Shown piece by piece: positions 28,070 through 41,092 of a DNA stretch of 64,000 nt. The DNA is from Psammoneis japonica. Lineage: Eukaryota. Every line of letters begins with the position of its first letter. The stretch's first letter is position 1. The translations under genes were made by a program, and so were the position numbers. A model generated the notes under the pieces. It worked only from the letters and a program-made list of their open reading frames with translations, searched no databases and had not been told where the DNA came from. The stretch lies in the NCBI GenBank assembly GCA_008632985.1, contig QPGO01000179.1, forward strand, positions 62,001-126,000, in the 5' to 3' direction.

Positions 28070-29857
28070 AGCGAAAAAGACTTTTTTACTGTCGCCAACA
28101 TGTTTCACCCGTTGTTGCTGCTTCCGACAACTTCAGGCGACGTTCTCAAGGTCCAACATTGAAGGTGTGGCATAGAAGAACGTTCACTTGTCGATATTTA
28201 TGATCGAGATGAAGGGTAAAATATCCCGACTGTTGTGGGAGGTGATTCTGAGCCGAAAACAAGAGCTCATGCAAAAGTTCATCCGTCGACTTGGTCCTGT
28301 GGCAACCGCCTGATCGACTCAGAACGTGGGGAAATCCTGGAGGATGTGTTGTTCAATAATTATATAGCACCTTTAGGCAATGAAGGAAGCGACTTTAGGC
28401 AAGGCAAGGAAGCAAAAGAGCAATTCAAGGACGCGAGGACCCACAAGCTGGTGGACCCACAATTCTGCGAATCTACCGCTGGAGACAATTTGCAAGATGG
28501 GAGACGACTCCTAGCTGTAACTTGCAATTAAAAGCATTAGTGCATGCTAATTTATCATATCACGCATTAAAAATCTATTCTCATCATTGCAGTGATGATT
28601 TCTAGCGCTTGGAGCCTTTAGGAGAGAACTGCTTGCGCTCACCAAGATCCGGATCAAACCCACTTTGGGGCTTCAATGGCACTTATTGTGTTTGTTGACT
28701 CTTGCCATTGCTCACATTAAATGTCCTTCTATACATTAGATGCTTCCTAGACTATTGTAAAGCTTTCAATCTGTGTTATTAACAATCTATGCATCCTTCC
28801 GTGTAAGCAAATAATGAAAATGGGTGTCCCACAGAAGGGTTCCGGCCAGCTGTCGTCATTTACCTGTCACTGGCAGCATTTTCTACAGTCTGATCCCGAT
28901 CGTAAGAATCATTGTTCACAAAAAAAGCCTCTTTCAAGTCAACATGATCAATTTAAGCCGTGCACCGAGTCGATTTGGTTGGAGCTGGTGTGTTCAAAGG
29001 ATCCGAGGTCCAACTGCTTGCGGCTCCTCAGGAACTCGCACAAAATTTTGACACCTGATAACTATCCAGACTCGTCTCATACATCCATAGAGGGTGGCGT
29101 TTGAGCCATTGATTGAAACTTTTGGAACGATTAACGTAGACATTGAGTCGATTGATTGTCGCAAACGATCTTGAAAGCAAGGATTGCCGCGTTTGCTTTT
29201 TTTTTTGACACGGAGAACACTGCCAAAGAAAGAGCTTGTGCTTTTCTATGTCATCTTTATCGAATATATCGTCCAAGTCATGGGTACCTGTATAATACAT
29301 TCCACTTTAGACCTTCAAAACATTTGCTGTCGTGTCGGATGCAGAAGAAACAAAGAAATTGAGTGAAAAGTTCAGATGACGATTAAAGGCATCAAATGAA
29401 GATGCCTTGCTTTAGTGCCCTTACCTTATGATCATAATGAGGTTTTAATATACTATCCAGGTGCTTCTTACACTTGGTGTTAAAGATTGCCGCCGCCGCA
29501 ACCGATCCCATTGTCGACTTGAGTTGCGTCGCGTGTCTGCGTTTTGGATGAAAAAACATTGATTTTATGGGTTATGAGCGTTTTGTCGAAAATCACAGCT
29601 ATTGCCGCGCGGACGTGGCCCAAAAGCGTCGTGGCGCCACGCAGAGGTGCATAAATCGTCTGTTGTCGTTCGCACACGCGCATTCGCACACTCAGCGCGC
29701 GCACGAACACCTCTGACCTGATGAGACGAGCAGAGACCACGTCACCCGTTACTCCACATCATGGTATTCATGATTATATAATATATTACATTGCTTCGAA
29801 ACCCGGGAATTTCAAATTGCAATTTTTTCTCACACTTCACCGCGACAGAAGAAAATG

Positions 29858-29988
29858 GTGAGTGCCGCTGCTTGGGACGATACCGCTTTTCAAAAGCAAT
29901 GAGTTCAACGGCGATGTTTTGACGCATTATTATTATTTTATCACTATGCTAACATTCTGTGCAAGAACATCGCTATCATCTCCATCAG
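29858..29988 (+). other. Putative intron directly after an ATG, with internal hairpin
   Basis: AAAATG|GTGAGT...CTAAC...CATCAG; gcgatgtt pairs with aacatcgc. Confidence 0.5.
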
Positions 29989-30079
29989 AACAGGGAAAAT
30001 AAGAACCCCATTTTGGGTGCCGTGGCAGGCCTGTCGATATGGGTGTCGCTTTGTCAACAATGTTGTTTTGTCAGAAATG

Positions 30080-30169
30080 GTGAGTATGAGAGATATGTTC
30101 TGGTGCAACGCCGCAATATGAAGTCCATACTAACATAATTTACAAAAACATATCTCTCGTACTCATCAG
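30080..30169 (+). other. Putative 90-nt intron whose ends form a 22-bp hairpin
   Basis: GTGAGT...CTAAC...CATCAG; 30078-30099 is the reverse complement of 30147-30168 at 20/22 positions, and both mismatches are G-U compatible. Confidence 0.6.
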
Positions 30170-30661
30170 AATATCATTCGTGACGATCATACTGTTGGTG
30201 GCGGTGAAGCTGTAAGACCGGCTCTGTCGCCGACGATCTCGAAGCACTCTAGAGGGATATGGTGACTCGCCCCCAAGTCTTTGCATCTTTATTGATATAG
30301 AAAAACTCCGTTAAGCCAACGGATAACCAGGAACTGCCAATCAAAGGTGGGCAACTATTCCATACAAAATGTAAGTGGGTGATTTGGATGTTTTTTTCTT
30401 GCACTGCCATCGACTAAAATTGTTGCGCTCCTTTCGAATGTGCTTTCGTAGAAAAAAAGCACCGTGACATCATCTCTCCCTCTCTTGCAAATCATCATAA
30501 ATCGTCGTTCCGCCCCAACCAACACTCCTCTGTAAATAAAATGGGTCTAAAGCGTAAAGCCCAGCAAGTGGTGATATGGTATCGGTAGCAGACAATGCAG
30601 CGCAGATGATTCTACAGAGAGTTGGTGCCGAATAGGCCGAGGAGGAAACCACCACCAGATA

Positions 30662-33600
30662 TGGCTCTGGTGTTGGCTTGAGCACTGTTGGAGCTGGTGT
30701 AGCCGGTGGGCTTGGAGATGGCGACGGTGGCTTTGGTGACAGGTGGGTGAAGGCGACGGTGATGGGAGCTTTGGCGCTTTCGTTAGAGCCTGGGATGCCG
30801 GAGTCGGTGGCGCTCCTCCTTTGCTCGGAGTTTTGGTGACAGCGATGGTGGGTGAAGGCGACGGTGCTGCTACTGGTAGCTTGGGTGACGGCGCTGGAGG
30901 TTTTGGTGGGTAAGGACAGGAGGCGTAGTGGAAGGGGTTGGAGGCTTTGGCATGTGACGGCGAAGTCGTAGGAGCAGGAGTAGTAGCATGTTGCGGTGGT
31001 TGGAGCGGGGGTTGGTGGTTTGTTTGGGCACAAACCAAGTTCACATTCCACACCAAATCCCTGAAACTCGCCCTCATGGTTGGTACACTGCTTCTTGAAT
31101 GTTTTCTCGCATCCATCCTCCAAGCAGCAAGCTCCTTTGGTTGGGCAATCAACTTTTGGGTTGTCGCACTCGTATCCGGGCTTCGTAAAAGTACCGCCTT
31201 GCAACTTGCACGTTTCCTGCAAAAGCTTCCTACATCCGTAAAACAAGGTGCAGCACGCGCCAGGGGAGTCGCCAAAGGGAGCTGGTGACGGGGTAGGTTT
31301 TGCGGTAGGAAACGGCGTGGTTGGGGCCAGGGTAGGAGCTGGAGTAGTGGGAGCTGAGGTGGGAGCCGGGGTGGGAGAAGTCGTAGGAGGGAGGTCGGGC
31401 ACATGGTGTCACTACAGAGAACACCGTTGCCTTGGAATGTTCCACCATTTAGAGAGCATTCTTCTTCTGTCCCCTTGAAACAATAGTTGTTGGATCCTGC
31501 TGGTGGGCAGCAAGCGCCCTTTCGCACAGTTGGCGACGGTGTCGGACTCGGGGTAGGAGAAGGAGTTGGTGACGTCGGGCTCGGCGTAGGACTAGGACTA
31601 GGAGGTGGTGTTGGGCTCTGGGTAGGAGATGGAGTTGGCAGCGGCGTAGGACTCGGGGTAGGCGCAGGAGTTGAAGACTGCGTAGGAGCATGTAGTGGCG
31701 AAGTCGTAGGAGGAGGAGGAGTGGCTTGTGTCGGTGCAGGGGTGGGCGCTCCTGTTGGCTCTGGTGTTGGCTTGAGCACTGTTGGAGCTGGTGTAGCCGG
31801 TGGGCTTGGAGATGGCGACTGTGGCTTTGGTGACAGGTGGGTGAAGGCGACGGTGATGGGAGCTTTGGCGCTTTCGTTAGAGCCTGGGATGCCGGAGTCG
31901 GTGGCGCTCCTCCTTTGCTCGGAGTTTTGGTGACAGCGATGGTGGGTGAAGGCGACGGTGCTGCTACTGGTAGCTTGGGTGACGGCGCTGGAGGTTTTGG
32001 TGGGTAAGGACAGGAGGCGTAGTGGAAGGGGTTGGAGGCTTTGGCATGTGACGGCGAAGTCGTAGGAGCAGGAGTAGTAGCATGTTGCGGTGGTTGGAGC
32101 GGGGGTTGGTGGTTTGTTTGGGCACAAACCAAGTTCACATTCCACACCAAATCCCTGAAACTCGCCCTCATGGTTGGTACACTGCTTCTTGAATGTTTTC
32201 TCGCATCCATCCTCCAAGCAGCAAGCTCCTTTGGTTGGGCAATCAACTTTTGGGTTGTCGCACTCGTATCCGGGCTTCGTAAAAGTACCGCCTTGCAACT
32301 TGCACGTTTCCTGCAAAAGCTTCCTACATCCGTAAAACAAGGTGCAGCACGCGCCAGGGGAGTCGCCAAAGGGAGCTGGTGACGGGGTAGGTTTTGCGGT
32401 AGGAAACGGCGTGGTTGGGGCCAGGGTAGGAGCTGGAGTAGTGGGAGCTGAGGTGGGAGCCGGGGTGGGAGAAGTCGTAGGAGGGAGGTCGGGCACATGG
32501 TGTCACTACAGAGAACACCGTTGCCTTGGAATGTTCCACCATTTAGAGAGCATTCTTCTTCTGTCCCCTTGAAACAATAGTTGTTGGATCCTGCTGGTGG
32601 GCAGCAAGCGCCCTTTCGCACAGTTGGCGACGGTGTCGGACTCGGGGTAGGAGAAGGAGTTGGTGACGTCGGGCTCGGCGTAGGACTAGGACTAGGAGGT
32701 GGTGTTGGGCTCTGGGTAGGAGATGGAGTTGGCAGCGGCGTAGGACTCGGGGTAGGCGCAGGAGTTGAAGACTGCGTAGGAGCATGTAGTGGCGAAGTCG
32801 TAGGAGGAGGAGGAGTGGCTTGTGTCGGTGCAGGGGTGGGCGCTCCTGTTGGCTCTGGTGTTGGCTTGAGCACTGTTGGAGCTGGTGTAGCCGGTGGGCT
32901 TGGAGATGGCGATGGTGGCTTTGGTGACAGGTGGGTGAAGGCGACGGTGATGGGAGCTTTGGCGCTTTCGTTAGAGCCTGGGATGCCGGAGTCGGTGGCG
33001 CTCCTCCTTTGCTCGGAGTTTTGGTGACAGCGATGGTGGGTGAAGGCGACGGTGCTGCTACTGGTAGCTTGGGTGACGGCGCTGGAGGTTTTGGTGGGTA
33101 AGGACAGGAGGCGTAGTGGAAGGGGTTGGAGGCTTTGGCATGTGACGGCGAAGTCGTAGGAGCAGGAGTAGTAGCATGTTGCGGTGGTTGGAGCGGGGGT
33201 TGGTGGTTTGTTTGGGCACAAACCAAGTTCACATTCCACACCAAATCCCTGAAACTCGCCCTCATGGTTGGTACACTGCTTCTTGAATGTTTCTCGCATC
33301 CATCCTCCAAGCAGCAAGCTCCTTTGGTTGGGCAATCAACTTTTGGGTTGTCGCACTCGTATCCGGGCTTCGTAAAAGTACCGCCTTGCAACTTGCACGT
33401 TTCCTGCAAAAGCTTCCTACATCCGTAAAACAAGGTGCAGCACGCGCCAGGGGAGTCGCCAAAGGGAGCTGGTGACGGGGTAGGTTTTGCGGTAGGAAAC
33501 GGCGTGGTTGGGGCCAGGGTAGGAGCTGGAGTAGTGGGAGCTGAGGTGGGAGCCGGGGTGGGAGAAGTCGTAGGAGGGAGGTCGGGCACATGGTGTCACT

Positions 33601-34013
33601 ACAGAGAACACCGTTGCCTTGGAATGTTCCACCATTTAGAGAGCATTCTTCTTCTGTCCCCTTGAAACAATAGTTGTTGGATCCTGCTGGTGGGCAGCAA
33701 GCGCCCTTTCGCACAGTTGGCGACGGTGTCGGACTCGGGGTAGGAGAAGGAGTTGGTGACGTCGGGCTCGGCGTAGGACTAGGACTAGGAGGTGGTGTTG
33801 GGCTCTGGGTAGGAGATGGAGTTGGCAGCGGCGTAGGACTCGGGTAGGCGCAGGAGTTGAAGACTGCGTAGGAGCATGTAGTGGCGAAGTCGTAGGAGGA
33901 GGAGGAGTGGCTTGTGTCGGTGCAGGGGTGGGCGCTCCTGTTGGCTCTGGTGTTGGCTTGAGCACTGTTGGAGCTGGTGTAGCCTAGCCGGTGGGTTTGG
34001 AGATGGCGACGGC
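30662..34013 (-). repeat. Three near-identical tandem 1094-bp units encoding a frameshifted Pro/Thr-rich protein with Cys-rich GACC modules
   Basis: Unit starts at 30662, 31756, 32850 and 33942; PTPAPT/PTPSPT linkers with GACC...C...GGTF.G.G..C modules; the frame shifts within every unit. Confidence 0.9.
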
Positions 34014-34182
34014 AGCTCGGAGATATGGTTGGCAAAGGAGAGATAATCGGTTAGGGCGGCTTAGTCGGGGGCTCCACTGCATTTTGCAACCTACTGTAGT
34101 CCGTAAAAGAAACTTGATAAGAAAAAGCACGCTAAAGTCCTGTTACTCTGCAACTACAAATAGATTCTTGACTATATATGCG

Positions 34183-35092
34183 TTAGTTCCAAGCTTGAAG
34201 CCTTTTCATGTGGTCCACTACCGCTGCGAGTTTTTCTTTCATCTCAGGGATCTTGACAGGATGCACGCTTTGCCCAGGTGTATTGGAGCCCCTCCTCTCA
34301 ACAATGGCGTGCAGACGAACACTTGCAAAGTGGTGGATAGAACCAAAGTGGGGTTGGAACGCATCCAACCAGGCGAAGCACCCCTTGGGTATCACTTCGT
34401 TGCGGAAGGCAACACCTCCTTGGTGCCGAAATGTGCGTTCTCCATCAGTACCTTTCAAATCACTCGATAGATCGCCAAAATAAGCTACGCCAATCTTGCA
34501 GTCAGCTTCCTCTGTGTCGTCCTGCAGATTGTAAATCAGGGTGCCGGACTGAATGCCTCCTCGTTCCATTTGTGTTTTATCTGCTTCAGGTCAGTGTGAA
34601 CGACTTGATCCTGGGTTCCGTAGCCAATGAGAGACATTTCTCGGACTTCGAACTCGCTCGATGTATTGGTGCCAAAGGCTGCCTCAAAGTCTTTCATGAC
34701 AGCATCTAGTGTATTTTTAATCATTCCTTTGTGCAAATCAGCAGAGCCCTTCTTCATTCCCACCGACCCCGGAAACTTCTGTTTCTCATCATCACCCCGA
34801 CAATCGTAAATGAGGCGAAAGGGCCTGTGGTCAATACCAAACTCTGCTCGAATGGAGTGCGAGAGGTTGTTTTCCTTGAACTGAATCAAATTGTCTGGGC
34901 GTTTTTTCTTTTAGGATTGTTGCGCTTCCCAAATTGTTTGGCGTACGTTGAGAGGACCCTGTTTTTTGCAACTTCACTCACGGACTTTTGGATGCTAAAG
35001 CCCTCTTGGGCGATGAGTGATCCCATCCTGCTTCTTGCGCTGATTGAAGATGCCTGTTGGGACTGAGCCTTTCTCTTGTTCAGTCGAGGCAT
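34183..35092 (-). pseudogene. Fragmented unknown gene (possible HxD dioxygenase-like)
   Basis: Three consecutive ORF pieces (34886-35092, 34536-34889, 34183-34569) in shifting frames; DQVVHTD motif. Confidence 0.35.
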
Positions 35093-35288
35093 GCTCCCAC
35101 GGCGACCTGTAACATCTGATGCAGCAATAGAAGCCGCGTTTGTTCTTCGATTGTGTTGTTCATGTGGTTCATGAATTGAGAATCATGGAAAGAAACCAAT
35201 AGACCTTTTTTGGCGGATGACGGACGGACCATCGTGATAGCGCTAACTAACTTCTGACCGCAGAATAAACGCTTTCAGTCGATCAAAT

Positions 35289-35827
35289 GGGGGACTGCAG
35301 TAGAACCTGGTATGAATTTACGTACGTACTTCACCGTGTTATAAAATTGATGGTACGACGAAAGCACGGTGGAAAGCCACAACTGCTTCTGACAACATTT
35401 AACAATTGGAGGAACACTCCACTAAATGACAGTTGTGCTGTGACATATCTTACAGTACAATAAGTTGTGCTAGTTCGATGTCGGAATGGAAGTTATTCGT
35501 TGATTTTAAAGCTCTATAAAGTATCGCTAGATAATTGCCAGCGATTTGCGCGGCAATTTGGCGAGTGATTTCCCGTGCTTCACCGTGGTGAACTTGGGAA
35601 TTGTCCAAAACATTTGTTTTTTAACAAGTTTCTGAACGAAAGTTTCTATTTACACAGGATAACATGTGTCTAGGACAAGCTCGATAACGTTACTTTCCTT
35701 CCAATTAGCATTTGGACGTTCTCCGCCACTTGTCAGTTTCACCGTGCTTTCACCACGCGATTTCGATTTACAACACGGCGAAGTACGATAAGTAGAATTC
35801 TACGCTGTTTCAGTACCGCAGTCCCCC
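35289..35827. mobile_element. Foldback/MITE-like element with ~120-bp imperfect inverted repeats
   Basis: gggggactgc.gta..cgtacttc.ccgtgtt.taaa..gaaagcacggtg.aa..aattgga at 35289-35412 is mirrored at about 35698-35827. Confidence 0.65.
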
Positions 35828-36030
35828 AACTGCCCGATTTCGAAAAACTGAAAGCCACGCAAAACTTCAGAATCAGTCGCACCGACGATGCGATGATGCC
35901 CCGGCTCACGCTGCTGACCTTACAATGTTTTTTTTTCATGATTTACACACTGCCTAGGAAGTATCCGGGTTCTTGATGTTTATGTATAGCAACCTTATAT
36001 GTCGTGGAGCTGCTTGAGGGGGAAGACTCG

Positions 36031-37200
36031 ATGCAAGCGCAAGGAGGCGAAAGCACAAAAAGTGAGAACAAAAGCAGATCCTCCCACCAACAAGTTATGT
36101 ATGAGCACGGCGTTCCAGTCATTGATTTATCGAATCCCAACGAATCGGAATTGATCAACCAAGTCGCAGTGGCCTGTAGTACTTTTGGTTTCTTTCAAGA
36201 TACAAACCATGGACCATGGCATCCCTCTGTCTCTCTTGCATAAGTTCAGGAAGCAATCCGAGCTATGTTTCGATTTACCGTATAAAACGAAAAAGAAATG
36301 GAAATGCAACAAGGGCAATGCTCGAGGCTTTTTGACAATGAATTGACAAAGCAGCGCCGGGATTGGAAAGAGTGCATCGGTGTAGGCATTCCAGGATCTC
36401 GTAACTGGTCATTCCTGGATGATGACAAGCGCAACAAGTGCTTGGACGGCATGAACCAACTTCCTAGTGCAAATTGGCAGACTTTCGGCCTGTAACTGTC
36501 AAGTACTTTGAAGCATGTTCAAAGTTGTCGGATCAAATTGCTTCTCTTATGGCCAACGGGCTTTTTGTTGTAGACCAAATACTTGATCTAAGTGAAGAGG
36601 TCAGCAGCGAGAAACCCGTCGCGTGGGTTGAGTTGGAGGCTACCGCTAGCGAATTCTTGGAGGCAATGAGGAAGAATCACACCTCTTATCTGAGAATCAT
36701 TTACTGTCCACCGTGCCCCGAGATGGAATCTCCACCTTCATTGGCTCCTTTGGGTATTTCGCCTCACAAGGATGCCGGATTTCTTACAGTCTTTGCACAA
36801 GATGACGGGTGTCATTCACTGCAGGTGGCACGTCACGAGCCTTGTCTTGCTGATTGCAGCATGGTGGATTGTAACAAGCTGGACTGGGTCATGGTGAAAC
36901 CCATCGAGGGAGCGCTCACAATTAATACAGGAGACTTGGCCATGATTTAGTATAATGGGCGGTATTGTGCCCCACTTCATCGTGTTGGAACCGATCCTGT
37001 CAAACGAGAATATTCTTCGCCATTCTTCTACAACCCCCGGGTATGACACACTTGTCTTGCCCGTACTGGTTGGCAAAGAGGAAGAGCTACAGTAGCATGC
37101 TTGTCTGTGGGGTTATTTCCGTGCAGTGCGATTTGCCGGAGACTTGACTGACTTGGGAGTTGAGATTCAGGAGTTGAGATCCAGGCCGCGGATTATCGTG
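36031..37200 (+). pseudogene. 2-oxoglutarate/Fe(II) dioxygenase (IPNS/DIOX_N-like) pseudogene
   Basis: VPVIDLS, ACSTFGFFQ, RDWKE, HKDAGFLTVFAQD, INTGDLAMI*YNGRYCAPLHRV, YSSPFFYNP; several stops (e.g. 36241, 36948) and frameshifts. Confidence 0.85.
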
Positions 37201-37499
37201 TGAAGAAAGACAAGAACGACGAGTTGCTGCATTTGAAGAATGAGAGATGGAGCACAGTGCAAATCTATTCTATGTATACGAAACTTGGAATCTCATACGA
37301 AGCAATGGAGCCTTTGGTTGGCGTGTCGAAATAGGCGACGAGAAGCTGCGAGTCGGGCACACGAAGCATGTAGTGTGTAAGCCATAAGCTGTTGTTGTCG
37401 TTACTATCTAAATTACCCTCTAGGACTCCCACAATAGTTTGAATAGATCTTTGATTGCGGCACGATCACTACGAAAGCGAGCTTCATATAGCATTTTCT

Positions 37500-39053
37500 C
37501 GCGTTTCGCGTTCCTCAACAATGCCTTGTGTCTCGGTACGGGACGGAACAAGCCGTGCCAACCACCCACACGACCACGTCCACACACCACCAAACGCCAA
37601 GGCCATTTGCGTCAGATTGCCAATGCTTGCCAATCCCAACACGGTCATGCCGCTCAGCAGCAAGGACACTGTTGATTTCCCCAAGCGCCCGCCAAACAGC
37701 CCAATGGTTTCTTTCCCCAAATAGCTCAAAGCCCAGCGGCTGGTAGACCAAAATGTACGAGACACTCCGAAAGGCATAATCCGTGAGTTTGGTGACGAAA
37801 AATGCCGCCGCCAGCATGGAGAGCCGCGACGAAAAGACAATTTGCAGCACACAAAACACCAAGGGCAGGATGGGTGTGACTCTCCAAATGGTCGATTGCT
37901 CGGCTCGTTTCAAGACAAACGGCGTGAGGAAGAATTGAATCGCAGTCGACACGGCATTAATGAGCAAATAGAATCGTCCCGTAAAGGCCGATCGAGCAAT
38001 GTCGTTTGTAATTGTTTCTTGTAGCACCTCACAAACGCCATGTTTAGAATGGTCAACAGGCACTGGTAGGAGATAGCTTCCATCAACAAGGCTTGCAAGG
38101 TTGGAGTTCGGTTGTCCTCGTTCTTTTCATCGCTGGTACTAGTCTTGACGTGCTCATCTGGATGAAAAACATATTATTGTTCCGACAATTTATACGCTCG
38201 GTCTCCGCACACGAGCGATCCGGATAAGAAGACTGCCGCAAGCACCATGAGTCCCAACAGTCCGGTTTGGGGCACGACAAAGTGAATGGAACTGCCCACA
38301 ATGCTGCAAAAGAGACTAATGCAACCATTCAATACTGAAAACCAGTTGTTTCCCTCTTGGGGTGTCACAATGGAACTCGCAAAGCTCAAGTGTTGTGTGT
38401 AGAGCAAATGTTGATAGGTGTTTTGAAACAAAAAGGCCAATCCAATCACCAACTGGGATAGCATATGCCACTGGTATTGCTGTTGTGACGCCTACAAAAC
38501 AGTCACAGTGGCCAGCACAAAGACCACACTGCCCAAACTCGATTGTCGCAACGCGGCACGGGGACCGGAATTTTCCAATAGTTTCGAATTGAGCAAGGGA
38601 AAGACGGCGGGATACGAAACAATGCCCAAGGTTTCGCTCGTCAAGAGGCTGAGACAGGAATTGCGCATAAATTCATACCCGCCAAAGTGAAGCATCATGG
38701 CACCACCCATGTTGGCCACCAATGGCTGAGTTTCCAATATTCTAAGTAAGTAGTAGAAAAAGAGGGTGAGTATTAGAAATGCATACTGTACGAGCACTCA
38801 AACAAGAGCAACGTGATGAAAACAAATAGTAGCAACAAAAACTCACAGCATTGATTTTGACTTTAAACATGCGTCCAATAATCTGAGGCTCAGTTGAAAA
38901 AAGGTGTAAGTTGTTACTGTGTAATACCACCAATAATACACACTCGATAGCGGCAAAAATCACATTACCTGATGCAGCAGAGTCATTGTGGACACCGCCA
39001 ATAGGCGCCGCATCGTGGGAAGGCGTTGACGACGAATCGCTCGACATCATCAT
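37500..39053 (-). pseudogene. MFS/nucleotide-transporter (NTT/TLC-like) membrane protein pseudogene
   Basis: Hydrophobic ORF pieces LHFGGYEFMRNS, QHLSFASSI, FTGRFYLLIN, DYAFRSV..VYQPLGFE, YLGKETIGLFGGRLGKS in several frames. Confidence 0.6.
38721..38892 (-). pseudogene. thiC: Second thiC fragment (exon-intron-exon) embedded in the transporter pseudogene
   Basis: EPQIIGRMFKVKINA|gtgagt..cttag|NIGNSA, homologous to 16544-16730; exons near-identical, intron diverged. Confidence 0.88.
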
Positions 39054-40545
39054 GGTGGACTTCTGTTGACGCGTGCTTTTTGTGTGTTGGCGCGAGAGGT
39101 GAAAAATGGTCAAGTGCTACCCTCACAGTCAGTGTTTGGTGGTCAGAGAATTATATATAGGGGTGCTATGGGTTGGGAGTTATTACTTAACGACATATAA
39201 TTATTAGTGCGTATGTGAATATATGCAACTCAACGCATGTGGTGATGTCATCACACACCACACCCAGCCACCTGCATCCCATAGCAGCCCTTGCACAGGG
39301 GTGCGTCATTCTAGCTCTAGAGTAGCAGCACTAGTAGTGCAACAACAATTTTGCTTTTACGACTTCAGTATATCCGGCTAATAAGAAGACTGATTGGACC
39401 TTGCGATTTTCATACCTAGCACCACTTGGACAATTGTTATTTCAATGCAGCTGCCAGCGCAACACGGGATTGAGCGACGCGCTATTCTGTCAACTACTGT
39501 GGGACTGTTTGTTTATTGTACAGCATGGGATGAGACTTGCTGGCAAATTTGATAAGGAAACACACGCTCTAGAGTGTGTTTGCATGATATAGAATCAATT
39601 TTTACTATGTAGATGTGGTTTCCCCTCCCGTCACGATAGTCACCGAGAGCAAGGACGGCCACCGTTGCAACCGAGGCACCAATTCCAATGTACTTTACGC
39701 GCGTCGCTTAATGTTGCGCCTCTGATTCCGCCAATCGGACAAGATGTCATCGATCGGAGCCCTCGATGCGGACATAGCCGTCAATCGAGTAGCGGCAGCC
39801 GTCGTTGAGCTCGATGCCCCAAAAGGCAAAGAATTCAGCTAGTTCCGCATCAGGAGAATCTCGTCCATCTATGGCAATGCCAGAATCACCAGAACTGGCA
39901 CGAGGATCAAGACGCCCATGAACATCAAGGTGTGGACCCATCCCAAATTCATTTCATTTTTCCCTCCCACCTTGCCACAAAAACCGCTGCTAGCATCGTG
40001 CCAGTGCTTCCCACTTTTGCATCATCCTTTGGGGAATGATGACCGGCTAGGTTACTTGTTGGGAATCGTCCGCTTCGAGTCCAGGTTATTGTTGTAACAG
40101 TGGTGGTGGGTGGATATCTGCTTTCATTCTCTGTTGGAACAGACGCAGTTGTCATTTCCTCGGCAGCAAGGCTTTCACCTTGAGGTTCCATGTGTAGTTC
40201 CAAGGTTTTGGGATCTTTGTTTTGCTACCGGAAGAGACATAATGGTTTGGGATCTTTGTTTCTACCGGAAGAGACAATGCTGATGTTGTTCTCCTCCGGG
40301 GCGGCTTCTTCATCGGAGTAGGTACCACACAAGAAAATGAACTGGTCATGCTCGTAGTACTTAGTGCCTTTTAAAGTGTATCTTGCAGGCGTATTTGCTT
40401 CTTAAAAGAGTTGGTTTGATGAGGCAAATCCGTACTACTACTTGGATAGGGCGGCGGAGGAGGAGGTTTGGGGCGTTCCCACGTCGCGTGACCTTGTTCT
40501 GGTGATCAACATAATACGTAGAAGGACCTACAAGAGCCTCCCATT

Positions 40546-40746
40546 TTGATGGAAAATGTCAGCGATCTCTCACTTGTAAAGCAATCGTACAAAAAGCTGT
40601 CATTTGAACTTCACCCGGATAGACTCTTGGGTCAGAATCTCGGTGATCAAGAACTTAAGGATGCGTCAAAACGATATGCGCAAGACAAGCTTGCTTATAA
40701 AACGTTAATATCTGATGGCGTTCGAAGAAATGGAGATTCGTCTTAG
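40546..40746 (+). pseudogene. DnaJ J-domain fragment
   Basis: VKQSYKKLSFELHPDR...LAYKTL..RR; HPD motif; truncated. Confidence 0.6.
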
Positions 40747-41092
40747 TCGTTGGGAGGGAGAGCCCGGACAGAATTTTTTGGTCCGATTCCTCACATGACA
40801 AGAGAATTGGCGCAAAGTTGGATTAAACAAAACAACGTTGATTTTGCGGTTGTAGGGCTTGATCCAGAGATCACAACACCGTTTTTGCTGCGAATTCAAG
40901 CTAGTTTATAAGGAGTGCCAGTTGAGCAGAATGCCGTTTGAGTTATTGACGTGTCTGAAGGGTTATTGTGGAGTAGTTTGACGAGAATAATAATGTTGTT
41001 GATTCGGTAAGATGAGAGATACTAGCTACCATCGAAAGCGCCAAGAGACTGGCGTGCTATTTCTAGTCATTCGTGGAAATGAAGCAGTCAAC

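Noticed and set aside
38492..39113. Functional thiC-transporter fusion gene
   Set aside because: Splicing the thiC intron leaves the transporter out of frame, and the downstream sequence has further frameshifts.
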